Part shown: piece after piece, positions 31,703-42,817 of the stretch | Numbering within the stretch: position 1 is the stretch's first letter | How the letters are laid out: each line of letters begins with the position of its first letter | Origin: Phycisphaerae bacterium | Lineage (GTDB): Bacteria > Planctomycetota > Phycisphaerae > UBA1845 | Assembly (NCBI GenBank): GCA_035356615.1 | Contig: DAOQSN010000001.1 | Span: forward strand, 259,254-323,253 | DNA length: 64,000 nt | Reading direction: 5' to 3' | Position numbers and translations under genes: made by a program | Notes under the pieces: model-generated | What the model was told of the DNA's origin: nothing | The model's database searches: none | The model's input: the letters and a program-made list of their open reading frames with translations, nothing else

Positions 31703-31821
31703 AGGGAGCCTGAGAAGCGCACGGCAGTCGCGTGCTGCCGTTAGGGGACGTACGTGGAGGGCGGAACGGCGCTGCCGGAAGTTCGGCGCGCGGTTCCGGT
31801 AGAAGGGGGCGAAGAACACCC

Positions 31822-32415
31822 ATGAGGTGGACAACATTCCTTCTCACTCTGGCGTTGGCCGCCTCGGCCCACGGTTTTCCGACGACGATTGCCACCTTCG
31901 CGGATCCTACGGGAAGCGCGGGCGAGCCGCCGGTGTTCAGTTTCGATGCCGTTAATCAACTGCTGACGGGTGGCTGGGCCGGCGATGGGCTGACGCTGCA
32001 GACGTACATAGCCACGTATTCCAACGCAACGTTCACCATGACACTGGTGGTGGCGGACTCCTCAGTACTACCAACGCAGGTCGGAGGGGGAACGATACGC
32101 TTCTATGCGAGCGGCGGACAGGAGGTGTTCGTCATTGACTTCGACTCGGGCGACTTGGGCCCGCTCGCCTTCGGCGCGACGGAGTTCCTCAACCTCAATG
32201 TGGTGACGTTCTCCGGCGCCATCATTCCGGTGCCCTACACCCAGGAGAGTTTCGCGTTCTCCTTCGCCAATCAGCTCCTGGTTGGCGAAGACGGTAGCTT
32301 CACGGCCACGGCCGCGTTCACCTCGTCGGCGCTTGTCCCCGAACCGGGGATGCTGACGCTGGTGGTCATTGGACTGGTCATGGCCGGCCGCCGTCACCGC
32401 CAGGATGCCTGCTGA
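31822..32415 (+). CDS. PEP-CTERM sorting-domain secreted protein
   Basis: Signal peptide MRWTTFLLTLALAASAHG. The C-terminus VPEPGMLTLVVIGLVMAGRRHRQ has the PEP motif, a TM helix and a basic tail. An SD-like GAAGGGGG lies upstream. Confidence 0.85.
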   Translation: MRWTTFLLTLALAASAHGFPTTIATFADPTGSAGEPPVFSFDAVNQLLTGGWAGDGLTLQTYIATYSNATFTMTLVVADSSVLPTQVGGGTIRFYASGGQEVFVIDFDSGDLGPLAFGATEFLNLNVVTFSGAIIPVPYTQESFAFSFANQLLVGEDGSFTATAAFTSSALVPEPGMLTLVVIGLVMAGRRHRQDAC

Positions 32416-32844
32416 AACCAAACCAGTCTGTGACGCAATGGTGCGATGGGCACCATTTCCGCTTGCGCTGTGCGCGGCGGGTCTGTCTTGGCCTACACCC
32501 CCTCAACTTCCTGCCTGCAAGACGGTGCGCTTGCGTTATGCTGCTGCACCGCGGACCACACACCATTCCGGGGCGGCGTCCGCGGCACGCCGATTGCCAA
32601 GGCATTGAAAGCCGGCGACGCACCCGTGCTTTCGTGGGCGCCGAGACCGGTTCCGATGGTGTACGCAGTTGGTGGGTACGGCGCGGCGCCCCCAAGGCGG
32701 GACGATCGTCCTGCATGCAGGTAGGTGTGGGCGCGTTTATGGGCGAGAGGCCCATGTCACGTGGCTGACGCCCCCTGCCACGGGCGGGACGGCCGGGCCG
32801 TATCCAGGTGGGTGGGCGGCAACGGGTAAGTGAAAGGAGAGCAG

Positions 32845-33228
32845 ATGGCCAAGGTGCTGGTCGTTGACGATGACCCGGACATGGTGGAAGCGTGCCGGCT
32901 CGTCCTGGAGGGTGCCGGGCACCAGGTATTCGGCGCTCCGAGCCGCGACGAGGGCATGAAGGCCGTCAAGGCCCACAACCCGGACCTGCTCATCCTGGAC
33001 GTGATGATGGCCCAGCCGGACGACGGTATCGCCATGGCGCAGGACTTGCGACGCCAGGGGTTCCGGAAGCCGATACTGATGCTGACGAGCATCGGCAAGG
33101 TGACGGGGCTGGAATACGGTCAGCAGGAGTCGGTCGTGCCGGTGGATGACTTCGTGGAGAAGCCCACCGACGCTGCGACCCTGGTGGCGAAGGTGAAAGC
33201 GCTGCTGGCGGGGCAGCGGGGAGGCTAA
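32845..33228 (+). CDS. Stand-alone response-regulator receiver domain (CheY-like)
   Basis: AAAGGAGAG SD lies 5 nt before the ATG. It has VLVVDDD, the phospho-acceptor context LLILDVMM, and LTS..K. Confidence 0.88.
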   Translation: MAKVLVVDDDPDMVEACRLVLEGAGHQVFGAPSRDEGMKAVKAHNPDLLILDVMMAQPDDGIAMAQDLRRQGFRKPILMLTSIGKVTGLEYGQQESVVPVDDFVEKPTDAATLVAKVKALLAGQRGG

Positions 33229-33232
33229 TGCG

Positions 33233-33754
33233 ATGTTGCATACCGAGCCTGAGCGCCTGACGCAGGAGATCCGATCGCTGGGGGAACGGTTCGGAAAGGA
33301 CCGGGCCGCCCTGATTCCGACCCTGCAGGAGATTCAGCGCCGCTACCGCGGGATTTCACCGCTGGCGATGCAGATTGTCGCGGACATGCTGGACATTCAC
33401 CCGGTGGAGGTGGACAGCGTGGTGTCCTTCTACAGCTTCCTGGACGCGAAGCCGAAGGGTCGCTACGTCATCCGCCTCTGCCGGACGATCTCCTGTGACA
33501 TGCAGGGGAAGGAACGGGTCGCTCGGCAGTTGGAGAACGACCTGGGCATTACCTTTGGCCAAACGACGGCGGACGGCAACTTCACGCTGGAGTGGGCCAA
33601 CTGCCTGGGGATGTGCGACCAAGGGCCCGCGCTGCTGATTAACGAGAAGGTCTACACGCGCGTAACGCCGGAGGCGGTGCACGGCATTCTGGAAGAGTGT
33701 CGGCAGGCCTTCGGGCTCCACGCGCTGCAAGCCGAACAGGAGCATGCCGCATGA
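33233..33754 (+). CDS. NuoE/HndA-like [2Fe-2S] subunit of NAD(P)-linked hydrogenase
   Basis: Thioredoxin-like 2Fe-2S ligands are present in RLCRTISCDMQG and ANCLGMCDQGPALLIN. The gene begins 5 nt after the receiver stop. Confidence 0.88.
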   Translation: MLHTEPERLTQEIRSLGERFGKDRAALIPTLQEIQRRYRGISPLAMQIVADMLDIHPVEVDSVVSFYSFLDAKPKGRYVIRLCRTISCDMQGKERVARQLENDLGITFGQTTADGNFTLEWANCLGMCDQGPALLINEKVYTRVTPEAVHGILEECRQAFGLHALQAEQEHAA

Positions 33755-34950
33755 AAGCTGCCCACCAGGGTCCGTTGACCTTCGCGAAGGTGCAGGCGGA
33801 TACAGGGCTGAAAACCGCCCTGAACAAGACCCGCGCGGAGGTCATTGCAGAGATCAGCGCGTCGGGGCTCAAGGGCCGCGGCGGAGCGGGTTTCCCCACC
33901 GGGGTGAAGTGGAACTTGGCGGCGGCCGCCCGCGCCGACCAGAAGTACGTCGTCTGCAACGCCGACGAGGGCGAGCCGGGCACCTTCAAGGACCGCGTCA
34001 TTCTGCTGGAGCACGCCGACCTGGTGCTGGCGGGCATGACCATCGGCGGCTACGCCATCGGGGCGACCAAAGGCATCCTCTACCTGCGCGGCGAGTATGC
34101 GTACCTGCGTCCGCACCTGGAGGACGCGTTGGCCCGCCGGCGGCAGCAGGGGCTGCTGGGCCCCGGGATAACGGGAACCAAGGGCTTCCAGTTCGACATC
34201 GAGATGCGGATGGGCTCGGGCGCCTACGTCTGCGGTGAGGAAACCGCGCTGATCGAGTCGCTCGAGGGTCACCGCGGCGAGCCGCGCAACCGCCCGCCGT
34301 TTCCCGTGGACACCGGCTTCTTCCGCCAGCCGACGATCGTCAACAACGTCGAGACGCTCGCCTGGGTAACCTGCATCCTGGCGAAGGGTGCGGAGTGGTT
34401 CAAGGGTTTCGGGACGGACAAGTCGGCCGGGCTGAAGCTGTTCAGCGTGTCGGGCGACTGTGCCCGGCCGGGGGTGTACGAGTTTCCGCTGGGCATTACG
34501 GTGACGGCGCTGCTGAAGGAAGTCGGCGGTGAGGGAGCCAAGGCCGTGCAGATCGGCGGCGCCTCGGGCCACTGCGTGCCGGCGAGCCAGTTCGGACGCA
34601 AGATCGCGTTCGAGGATGTGTCCACGGGCGGCTCGATCATCATCTTTGGTCCGCAACGGGACATGCTGGCCATCGCCCACAATTTCCTCGACTTCTTCGT
34701 GGAGGAGTCGTGCGGGCAGTGTACGCCCTGCCGCATGGGCAACGTGAAATTGCGGGAGGGGGTCGAGTTGCTGGAGCAGGGGAAGTGCTCAATGGCGTAT
34801 CTGCGGGAGTTGTGCGCCTTGGGCGAGACGATGCAACTGGCAAGCAAGTGCGGGCTGGGGCAGTCCAGCCCGAACGCCTTCCTGTCGATCGTCAGTAACT
34901 TCAAAGACGAGATCATGGGGCGTACCGCCGCCGGGTCGTCAGTTCGGTAA
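33751..34950 (+). CDS. NuoF/HndC-like flavoprotein subunit (FMN, NAD(P)H, [4Fe-4S])
   Basis: ATGA overlap with the upstream gene. It has GRGGAGFPTGVKW, CNADEGEPGTFKDR and ESCGQCTPCRMG...KCGLG. Confidence 0.9.
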   Translation: MKAAHQGPLTFAKVQADTGLKTALNKTRAEVIAEISASGLKGRGGAGFPTGVKWNLAAAARADQKYVVCNADEGEPGTFKDRVILLEHADLVLAGMTIGGYAIGATKGILYLRGEYAYLRPHLEDALARRRQQGLLGPGITGTKGFQFDIEMRMGSGAYVCGEETALIESLEGHRGEPRNRPPFPVDTGFFRQPTIVNNVETLAWVTCILAKGAEWFKGFGTDKSAGLKLFSVSGDCARPGVYEFPLGITVTALLKEVGGEGAKAVQIGGASGHCVPASQFGRKIAFEDVSTGGSIIIFGPQRDMLAIAHNFLDFFVEESCGQCTPCRMGNVKLREGVELLEQGKCSMAYLRELCALGETMQLASKCGLGQSSPNAFLSIVSNFKDEIMGRTAAGSSVR

Positions 34951-34960
34951 GGAGTGGAGC

Positions 34961-36889
34961 ATGGTTTCGGATAACGTACCGCAGGACGTCGGCCGGGCCC
35001 CGCGCAGTCAGCAGCGCCAGACGGTGGCGCCGCCGCAGAACCTGGAGAGCCTCGGCGCCCGCGTCCTGTGCACCATCGACGGCAAAGAGGTCCGGGTGCC
35101 GGTGGGGACGACGATCCTGGCGGCCGCCCGCGAGCTGGGCATCCGCATCCCCACGCTGTGCAACCACGATGACCTTTGCGTGGCCGGCGTGTGCCGGGTC
35201 TGCGTCGTGGAAGTCGAGGGCCAGCGCACCTTGCAGGCCGCCTGCGCCTATCCCGTCACCCAGCCGACGAAGGTCTGGACGCACACGCGGAAGGTGCGGC
35301 AGGCGCGCCGGCACATCATCGACCTGCTGCTGGCCGACCACTACGGCGAGTGCTACGCGTGCAGCCGCAACAACAACTGCGAGTTGCAGTCGCTGGCCAA
35401 GGAGTACGGCGTCGATTTCTTCCGCTTCGGACATCCCGAGAAACCGCGCTACGAGATCGACCGCTCCAGTCACTCCGTCGTGCGCGACATGAACAAGTGC
35501 GTGCTCTGCCGGCGCTGCATCCGCACCTGCATTGACTTGCAGGAGGTGGGCGTGCTGGAGGCGATCCACCGCGGCCACGACACCAAGGTGGCCACGTTCC
35601 TCGACAAGCCGCTGGCCCAGGTGGTGTGCATCAACTGCGGGCAGTGCATCAACCGCTGCCCGACGGGCGCCCTGCGGGCCAACGACCCGACCGACGACGT
35701 CTGGGCCGCCATCGACGACCCGACCAAGCACGTGGTGATGCAGACCGCGCCGAGCCCGCGGGCGGCGATCGGGGAATGCTTCGGCCAGCCGGCGGGCAAG
35801 GCCTTTACGTTCGAGCTTAACACCGCCCTGCGGCACTGCGGGTTCGACAAGGTGTTCGACACGAACTTCACGGCCGACCTGACCATCATCGAGGAAGGCA
35901 CCGAGCTCATTATCCGCCTCTACAAGGCGCTGGTGCAGAAGGACAAATCGGTGGCCCTGCCGCAGTTCACGAGCTGCTCGCCGGGCTGGGTGAAGTACAT
36001 CGAGCACTTCTACCCGCAGTACCTGCCCAACGTGTCCAGCGCCAAGAGCCCACAGCAGATGTTCGGCGCGCTCATCAAGACGTACTACGCTAAGTTGCAG
36101 GGCATCGACCCGAAGAACATCGTCAGCGTCGCCCTGATGCCCTGCTCGGCCAAGAAATTCGAGTGCAACCGGCCGGAGATGTGCGACAGCGGGTACAAGG
36201 ACGTTGACTACGGGCTGACCACCCGCGAGCTGGGCAAGATGATCAGCGAGGCGGGCATCGACCTGCCCGCGATGCCCAAGTCCGACTTCGACGACGTGTT
36301 CGGCACCGCGACCGGCTCCGGCGTGATCTTCGGCGCCACCGGCGGGGTCATGGAGTCCGCCTTGCGCTGCGTGATCGAACTGGTCACCGGCAAGAAGGTC
36401 GAGAACTTCTACGAGCATGCCGAGATTCTGCCGGTGCGCGGGTTCGAGGGCGTGCGCTACGTGGAGATTCCCATCACGGCCGTGGGCCCCGTGCCGGACC
36501 TGGTTAAGCACCTGGTGCCGGACTGGAACTGGCTGAAGGGCGCGACGCTGAAGGTGGGCGTCTGCCACGGCACGGCCAACGCCAAGAAGGTGATGGAGGA
36601 CATCAAGGCGGGCGGCAAGTTCAGCGAATGCCATTTCATCGAGTTCATGGCGTGTCCCGGCGGGTGTCTGGGCGGTGGGGGTCAGCCGATCCCGACGACG
36701 CCGGCCATCCGGGCCGCTCGCGCGAAGGCCATTTACAGCGAGGACCGGGCCTACACCGTGCGCAAGTCGCACGAGAACCCGGTCATCCAGCACATCTACA
36801 AGGAGTTCCTGACCGACGGCCCCTGCGGGCACGTCAGCCACAAGCTGCTGCACACTCACTACACCGCCCGGGGGAAGTACATTCCGTAG
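34961..36889 (+). CDS. hydA: [FeFe]-hydrogenase catalytic subunit with N-terminal 2Fe-2S, His-ligated 4Fe-4S and two ferredoxin-type clusters
   Basis: AAGGAG SD upstream. It has CNHDDLCVAGVCRVC, HYGECYACSRNNNC, CVLCRRCIRTC and CINCGQCINRC. The H-cluster motifs are TSCSPGW (variant), MPCSAKKFE and EFMACPGGCLGGGGQP. Confidence 0.92.
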   Translation: MVSDNVPQDVGRAPRSQQRQTVAPPQNLESLGARVLCTIDGKEVRVPVGTTILAAARELGIRIPTLCNHDDLCVAGVCRVCVVEVEGQRTLQAACAYPVTQPTKVWTHTRKVRQARRHIIDLLLADHYGECYACSRNNNCELQSLAKEYGVDFFRFGHPEKPRYEIDRSSHSVVRDMNKCVLCRRCIRTCIDLQEVGVLEAIHRGHDTKVATFLDKPLAQVVCINCGQCINRCPTGALRANDPTDDVWAAIDDPTKHVVMQTAPSPRAAIGECFGQPAGKAFTFELNTALRHCGFDKVFDTNFTADLTIIEEGTELIIRLYKALVQKDKSVALPQFTSCSPGWVKYIEHFYPQYLPNVSSAKSPQQMFGALIKTYYAKLQGIDPKNIVSVALMPCSAKKFECNRPEMCDSGYKDVDYGLTTRELGKMISEAGIDLPAMPKSDFDDVFGTATGSGVIFGATGGVMESALRCVIELVTGKKVENFYEHAEILPVRGFEGVRYVEIPITAVGPVPDLVKHLVPDWNWLKGATLKVGVCHGTANAKKVMEDIKAGGKFSECHFIEFMACPGGCLGGGGQPIPTTPAIRAARAKAIYSEDRAYTVRKSHENPVIQHIYKEFLTDGPCGHVSHKLLHTHYTARGKYIP

Positions 36890-36927
36890 GGGCGCTGGCG
36901 TGCGCTCCGTTATCTTATCTGTCGGCT

Positions 36928-36943
36928 GCCCCCTTCCGGGGGC
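36928..36943 (+). terminator. GC hairpin GCCCCC-TTCC-GGGGGC after hydA
   Basis: Read directly, 39 nt after the hydA stop. There is no U-tract. Confidence 0.35.
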
Positions 36944-36980
36944 GGCGGCGGGAACAAAGGGAGAGGGCTGGGCTCCGGCG

Positions 36981-37029
36981 CCCAGGGTTTGCACCCTGGG
37001 CTGGCGACTTTGACCCCTGCGGGGTCATC
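36981..37029. repeat. REP-like repeat family B, copy B2
   Basis: CCCAGGGTTTGCACCCTGGGCTGGCGACTTTGACCCCTGCGGGGTCATC matches 1916-1963 with about 8 substitutions. Confidence 0.75.
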
Positions 37030-37205
37030 GCAGTGTCCCCTCTGCCGACTGCCTGCGCCGAGCCGGTGGGCACGACCCGGATGAGCAAGTTGACGCCCGG
37101 AGCCGGGCCGGTACGTTACGGTCCGCAGGGTCGGCCGGGACGCTCCCGGCAGCGTACACCGCGTCTGAGGAAGTGGTCCATCGGGCCGCAAATGGGAGGC
37201 TGCAC

Positions 37206-37466
37206 ATGACAGACAAGCACATCATCGTCGGGATCCACGTGACCAACCGTGCCCAGCGGGCGGGAGACGTGCAGAAGGTCTTCACCGAGTACGGCTGCAA
37301 CATCAAGACGCGCCTGGGTTTGCACGAGGTGCATGACAACGTCTGCGCCCCGAACGGGCTGATCGTGCTGGAGATGCACGGCGAAGAGCCGAAGTGCAAC
37401 GAGATGATCCAGAAACTCAAAGGCATCCCGGGCATCGAGGTGCAGAAGATGGTGTTCGGGCACTGA
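37206..37466 (+). CDS. Small ACT-like protein resembling the TM1266-type iron-only hydrogenase system regulator
   Basis: 86 aa from an ATG preceded by GGGAGG. It has a beta-alpha-beta-beta-alpha-beta-like pattern (IIVGIHV...IKTRLGLHEV...LIVLEMHG...IEVQKMVF). The family call rests on resemblance and context only. Confidence 0.55.
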   Translation: MTDKHIIVGIHVTNRAQRAGDVQKVFTEYGCNIKTRLGLHEVHDNVCAPNGLIVLEMHGEEPKCNEMIQKLKGIPGIEVQKMVFGH

Positions 37467-37469
37467 GCG

Positions 37470-39610
<2,141 letters not shown>

Positions 39611-39711
39611 GTCGCCAGCCTCCCCGCGGCCTCGTCGGCACCGCGCCATTGCTCTCGAAGCCAATGCATGTTAAGCGTGCGTAAGAGCGGGGGACTGCCG
39701 CGACGTTTACG

Positions 39712-40482
39712 ATGACACGACGCCTTGTTCAATCGGTTGCCTGCACAACGCAAGTGGACGAACTGCGCGCGCAGGCAGTCGCCGCCGCGCAGGGTGGCTG
39801 GGACGGCGTGGAGCTGGTACTCCAGGGCGAGCCGGCGGACGCGGCGGTGACCGTGCCCGAGGTCGCCACGCCGGTCTGGGCAGTGGCGCTGCGGTGCAGC
39901 GACACGCGGGCGGAGGCAGCGGCCACGAAGGTCGTCGCGGCCCTGCCGTGGACGCAACATGCCGGGGCGCGCACGCTGAATCTCCAATTGCCGGGGCTCG
40001 TCGGAGCAGGCGAGGAGACAGGTTTCCACCGTTACGCCGATGCCCTGAACTTCCTGTACGATCTGCTCGCGCTGCTCTACGTCGAAGCGGAGTGCAGCGG
40101 CGTGAAGCTGGCCGTCGAGGCACCGGCACCGGGGTGGCTGGGGTCGCCGGTGGAACTGCGCGACCTGCTCGATCGCGTGGCCAGCGGCGCGGTGGGCGTC
40201 TGCGTGCACGCGGCGCGGCTGCCGAGTATGCCGATCCTGGAGGACTGGCTGCTGACCCTGGATCGGCGGGCGTTCGCCATTCGCCTGTCCGCGTCGTCCT
40301 TCGCGGCCGGGCCAACCGGTATCAACGTGAAACCAGTGGAGCGGCTGCGGGCAGCCCTGGATGCGGCTGACTACCGTGGCCTGATCATCGCCGGCCGCGC
40401 AGTGCCCGCCGCGGCATTGGCGGGTGGCCCAGGTCCTTCGGCGAGCGTGGGTGGCCCAGGTCCTTTGGACCTGGGGGACTGA
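39712..40482 (+). CDS. Possible xylose-isomerase-like TIM-barrel (sugar phosphate isomerase/epimerase) protein
   Basis: 256-aa ORF with an alternating beta/alpha pattern (WDGVELVL, ARTLNLQLPG, VKLAVEAP, VGVCVHA). No strong motif was found, so both coding status and function are tentative. Confidence 0.45.
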   Translation: MTRRLVQSVACTTQVDELRAQAVAAAQGGWDGVELVLQGEPADAAVTVPEVATPVWAVALRCSDTRAEAAATKVVAALPWTQHAGARTLNLQLPGLVGAGEETGFHRYADALNFLYDLLALLYVEAECSGVKLAVEAPAPGWLGSPVELRDLLDRVASGAVGVCVHAARLPSMPILEDWLLTLDRRAFAIRLSASSFAAGPTGINVKPVERLRAALDAADYRGLIIAGRAVPAAALAGGPGPSASVGGPGPLDLGD

Positions 40483-40623
40483 TGAAAGCCGCGCCGGCCG
40501 TCCGGCGTCGGAACCCGCCGACCCATGCCTGGCGCACCGCGAAAGCACTACCGCGACGTGGCCTCACATGCTGGGCGCGCGTCGGTCATCGCATCAGGTG
40601 GTGATGCAGGAGAAAAGTAGACG

Positions 40624-42303
40624 ATGGCAACGAAACTGGTGATCGTCGGCGGCGTGGCGGCCGGGGCGGCCGCCGCCACGCGGGCCCGCCGGCTCGATGA
40701 GTTCGCGGACATCATCATCTTCGAGCGCAGCGGGTATGTCTCGTTCGCCAGTTGCGGCCTGCCGTATCACGTTGGCAGGATCATCCCCCGCCGCGCGAGC
40801 CTGCTGATCACCTCGCCCGAGCGGTTCCGGGAGTGGTTCAATATCGACGTGCGCGTGCGGCACGAGGTGTTGAGCATCGACCGCGTCGCCCGACGCGTTC
40901 GCGTACGGGATCTGGAGTCGGGACGGGAATTCGATGAACCGTATGACAAGTTGATTCTTACGCCGGGCGCCTCCGCCGTCGTGCCGCCCATCGACGGCAG
41001 CGCCAGCAGGAACGTCTTCGTGCTGCGCACCATCGAGGACATGGATGCGCTGAACGCCTACCTCGACGAGCGCCCGGTCCGCCGCGTGGCCGTCGTCGGC
41101 GCGGGTTTCATCGGGCTGGAGGCGACGGAGTGTCTGTGTCAACGTGGGCTCGAAGTGGACCTCATCGAGCTGCTCCCCCAGGTGTTGCCGCCGCTGGATG
41201 CCGACCTGGCGCCGCTGGTGGAAAGCCACCTGCGCGCCCACGGCGTGCGCCTGCACTTGGGAGCGGGACTGGAGTCGTTTGCGCTTGAAAACGGCCATGT
41301 GGCGGCCGTCGGAACGCGCGCTGGCCGAAGCATCCCCACGGATGCCGTCCTGGTCAGCGTCGGCGTCCGTCCCAACAACCGCCTGGCCCGCGACGCGGGG
41401 CTGGAGCTTACCGAACGCGGCGCCATCCGCGTCAACGACCGCCTGGAGACGAGCGACCCGAGCATCCTGGCCGCCGGCGACGTGATCGAAGCGGTCCACG
41501 CCGTGACGGGTGTTCCCGTCTCAGTTCCCCTGGCCGGCCCGGCCGCCAGGCAGGGACGGTTGGCGGGCCAGCGTGCCGTCGGGTTCGAGGGCCCGCCGGC
41601 CGCCCGCGTGGCCGGTACCGCTATCGTCGAGGTGTTCGATCTGGTCGTCGCCGTAACCGGTCTCGGTCTCCAGGCCGCCAGGCGCGCCGGCCCGCCTTGC
41701 GCGCAGATCATCGCCCGGCGCCTGCACCACGTGGACTACTACCCCGGCGCGCAGCCGATGACCATCAAGCTCGTCTACGCCCCCGATACAGGCCGGCTAC
41801 TGGGCGGGCAGATCGTCGGCGGGGCGGGAGTGGACCGCCGGATCGACGTGCTGGCCACCGCGCTCCACTTCGGGGGGACCGTGGACGACGTGGCGGACCT
41901 GGACCTGGCCTACGCGCCGCAGTTCGGGGCCGCGAAGGACCCGGTGGTCGTGGCCGCTCAGATCGCTCAGAACGAACGTTCGGGGCTGATCCAGCACGTG
42001 GACCCCGCCGAGCTGGAGGGCCTCTGCCGAGACGGGGCCCAGCTTGTGGACGCTCGGCCGGCCGCTGCGGCCGCCAGTTCCGGTGCCATCCCGGGGGCCG
42101 TGCAGATTCCGATGGCCACACTCCGGCAGCGCCTCGAAACGCTGGACCGCAGCCGGCCGGTGGTCCTGTACTGTGACGTCGGATACACGAGCTACCTGGC
42201 GGCCCGGGTCCTGCGGCAGCGGGGTTTCCCGAGGGTGTACAACCTGGCCGGTGGCTTCCGCTGGTACGTCGCTCGTGGGCTGCCCGTGGTCAGCACCGGC
42301 TGA
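40624..42303 (+). CDS. CoA-disulfide reductase/NADH oxidase-family flavoprotein with C-terminal rhodanese domain
   Basis: CAGGAGAAAAG SD upstream. FAD fold VIVGGVAAGAAAA, redox Cys in SFASCGLPYHVG, a second dinucleotide fold VAVVGAGFIGLE, and the rhodanese active-site loop YCDVGYTS. Confidence 0.88.
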   Translation: MATKLVIVGGVAAGAAAATRARRLDEFADIIIFERSGYVSFASCGLPYHVGRIIPRRASLLITSPERFREWFNIDVRVRHEVLSIDRVARRVRVRDLESGREFDEPYDKLILTPGASAVVPPIDGSASRNVFVLRTIEDMDALNAYLDERPVRRVAVVGAGFIGLEATECLCQRGLEVDLIELLPQVLPPLDADLAPLVESHLRAHGVRLHLGAGLESFALENGHVAAVGTRAGRSIPTDAVLVSVGVRPNNRLARDAGLELTERGAIRVNDRLETSDPSILAAGDVIEAVHAVTGVPVSVPLAGPAARQGRLAGQRAVGFEGPPAARVAGTAIVEVFDLVVAVTGLGLQAARRAGPPCAQIIARRLHHVDYYPGAQPMTIKLVYAPDTGRLLGGQIVGGAGVDRRIDVLATALHFGGTVDDVADLDLAYAPQFGAAKDPVVVAAQIAQNERSGLIQHVDPAELEGLCRDGAQLVDARPAAAAASSGAIPGAVQIPMATLRQRLETLDRSRPVVLYCDVGYTSYLAARVLRQRGFPRVYNLAGGFRWYVARGLPVVSTG

Positions 42304-42647
42304 CTGGCCCGCCGGGGACTACCGGCACCATTTCGGTGCCGAATCGGCTTCGGGAACCTCGTCTAACCCCTGTCGGCGGGTCTGGCAGCCATCGGACGGA
42401 CCCTGACGCCGGACCGAGAGCCTCGCGACGACTCCTTCTGGTGGCACCCGTCGGCCGGCGGGCGGCCGAGGCCACTTCTGCGACCGCCTGCTTGGGGTCC
42501 GCTGCCCGGATCGCGGTATCGGTTCCGCCCCCCCCTGGCACCTCAATCCACTGTCCAGTGCGACCGCTGCCCGCACGCCAGTTCGCCTCAAGATTTTCTC
42601 ACCTGACCGCCGATACAACGCTCGCCGAACATGGTAAGTTACCCAGA

Positions 42648-42676
42648 TTGACATTCCAGATCACATGCGTGTTAAT
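42648..42676 (+). promoter_or_regulatory. Candidate sigma70 promoter TTGACA-N17-GTTAAT
   Basis: Read directly in a local GC dip, about 140 nt upstream of the B12-binding-domain gene. Confidence 0.45.
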
Positions 42677-42732
42677 CTGCGTATTTATCTGGACATGCCG
42701 GGTTGGATTCCGGCAGTAAGGCAGAAACGTGT

Positions 42733-42797
42733 CGGACCGCTCCGGGACCGGGCAGGAGGCCCAAACCCGATGTGAGGGCCTCCCGTAGTCTGGTCCG
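42733..42797 (+). promoter_or_regulatory. Nested stem-loop in the 5' leader (CGGACC..[GGAGGCCC-13 nt-GGGCCTCC]..GGTCCG)
   Basis: Complementary segments were read directly: 42733-38 with 42792-97, and 42755-62 with 42776-83. The structure ends 6 nt before the AGGGAG SD. Confidence 0.4.
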
Positions 42798-42817
42798 CGT
42801 CAACAGGGAGTGTGCCG

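Noticed and set aside
42677-42817. Cobalamin riboswitch upstream of the B12-binding-domain gene.
   Set aside because: No B12 box (GCCACTG-like) or other conserved cobalamin-riboswitch strings are visible. It is kept only as an unclassified structured leader.
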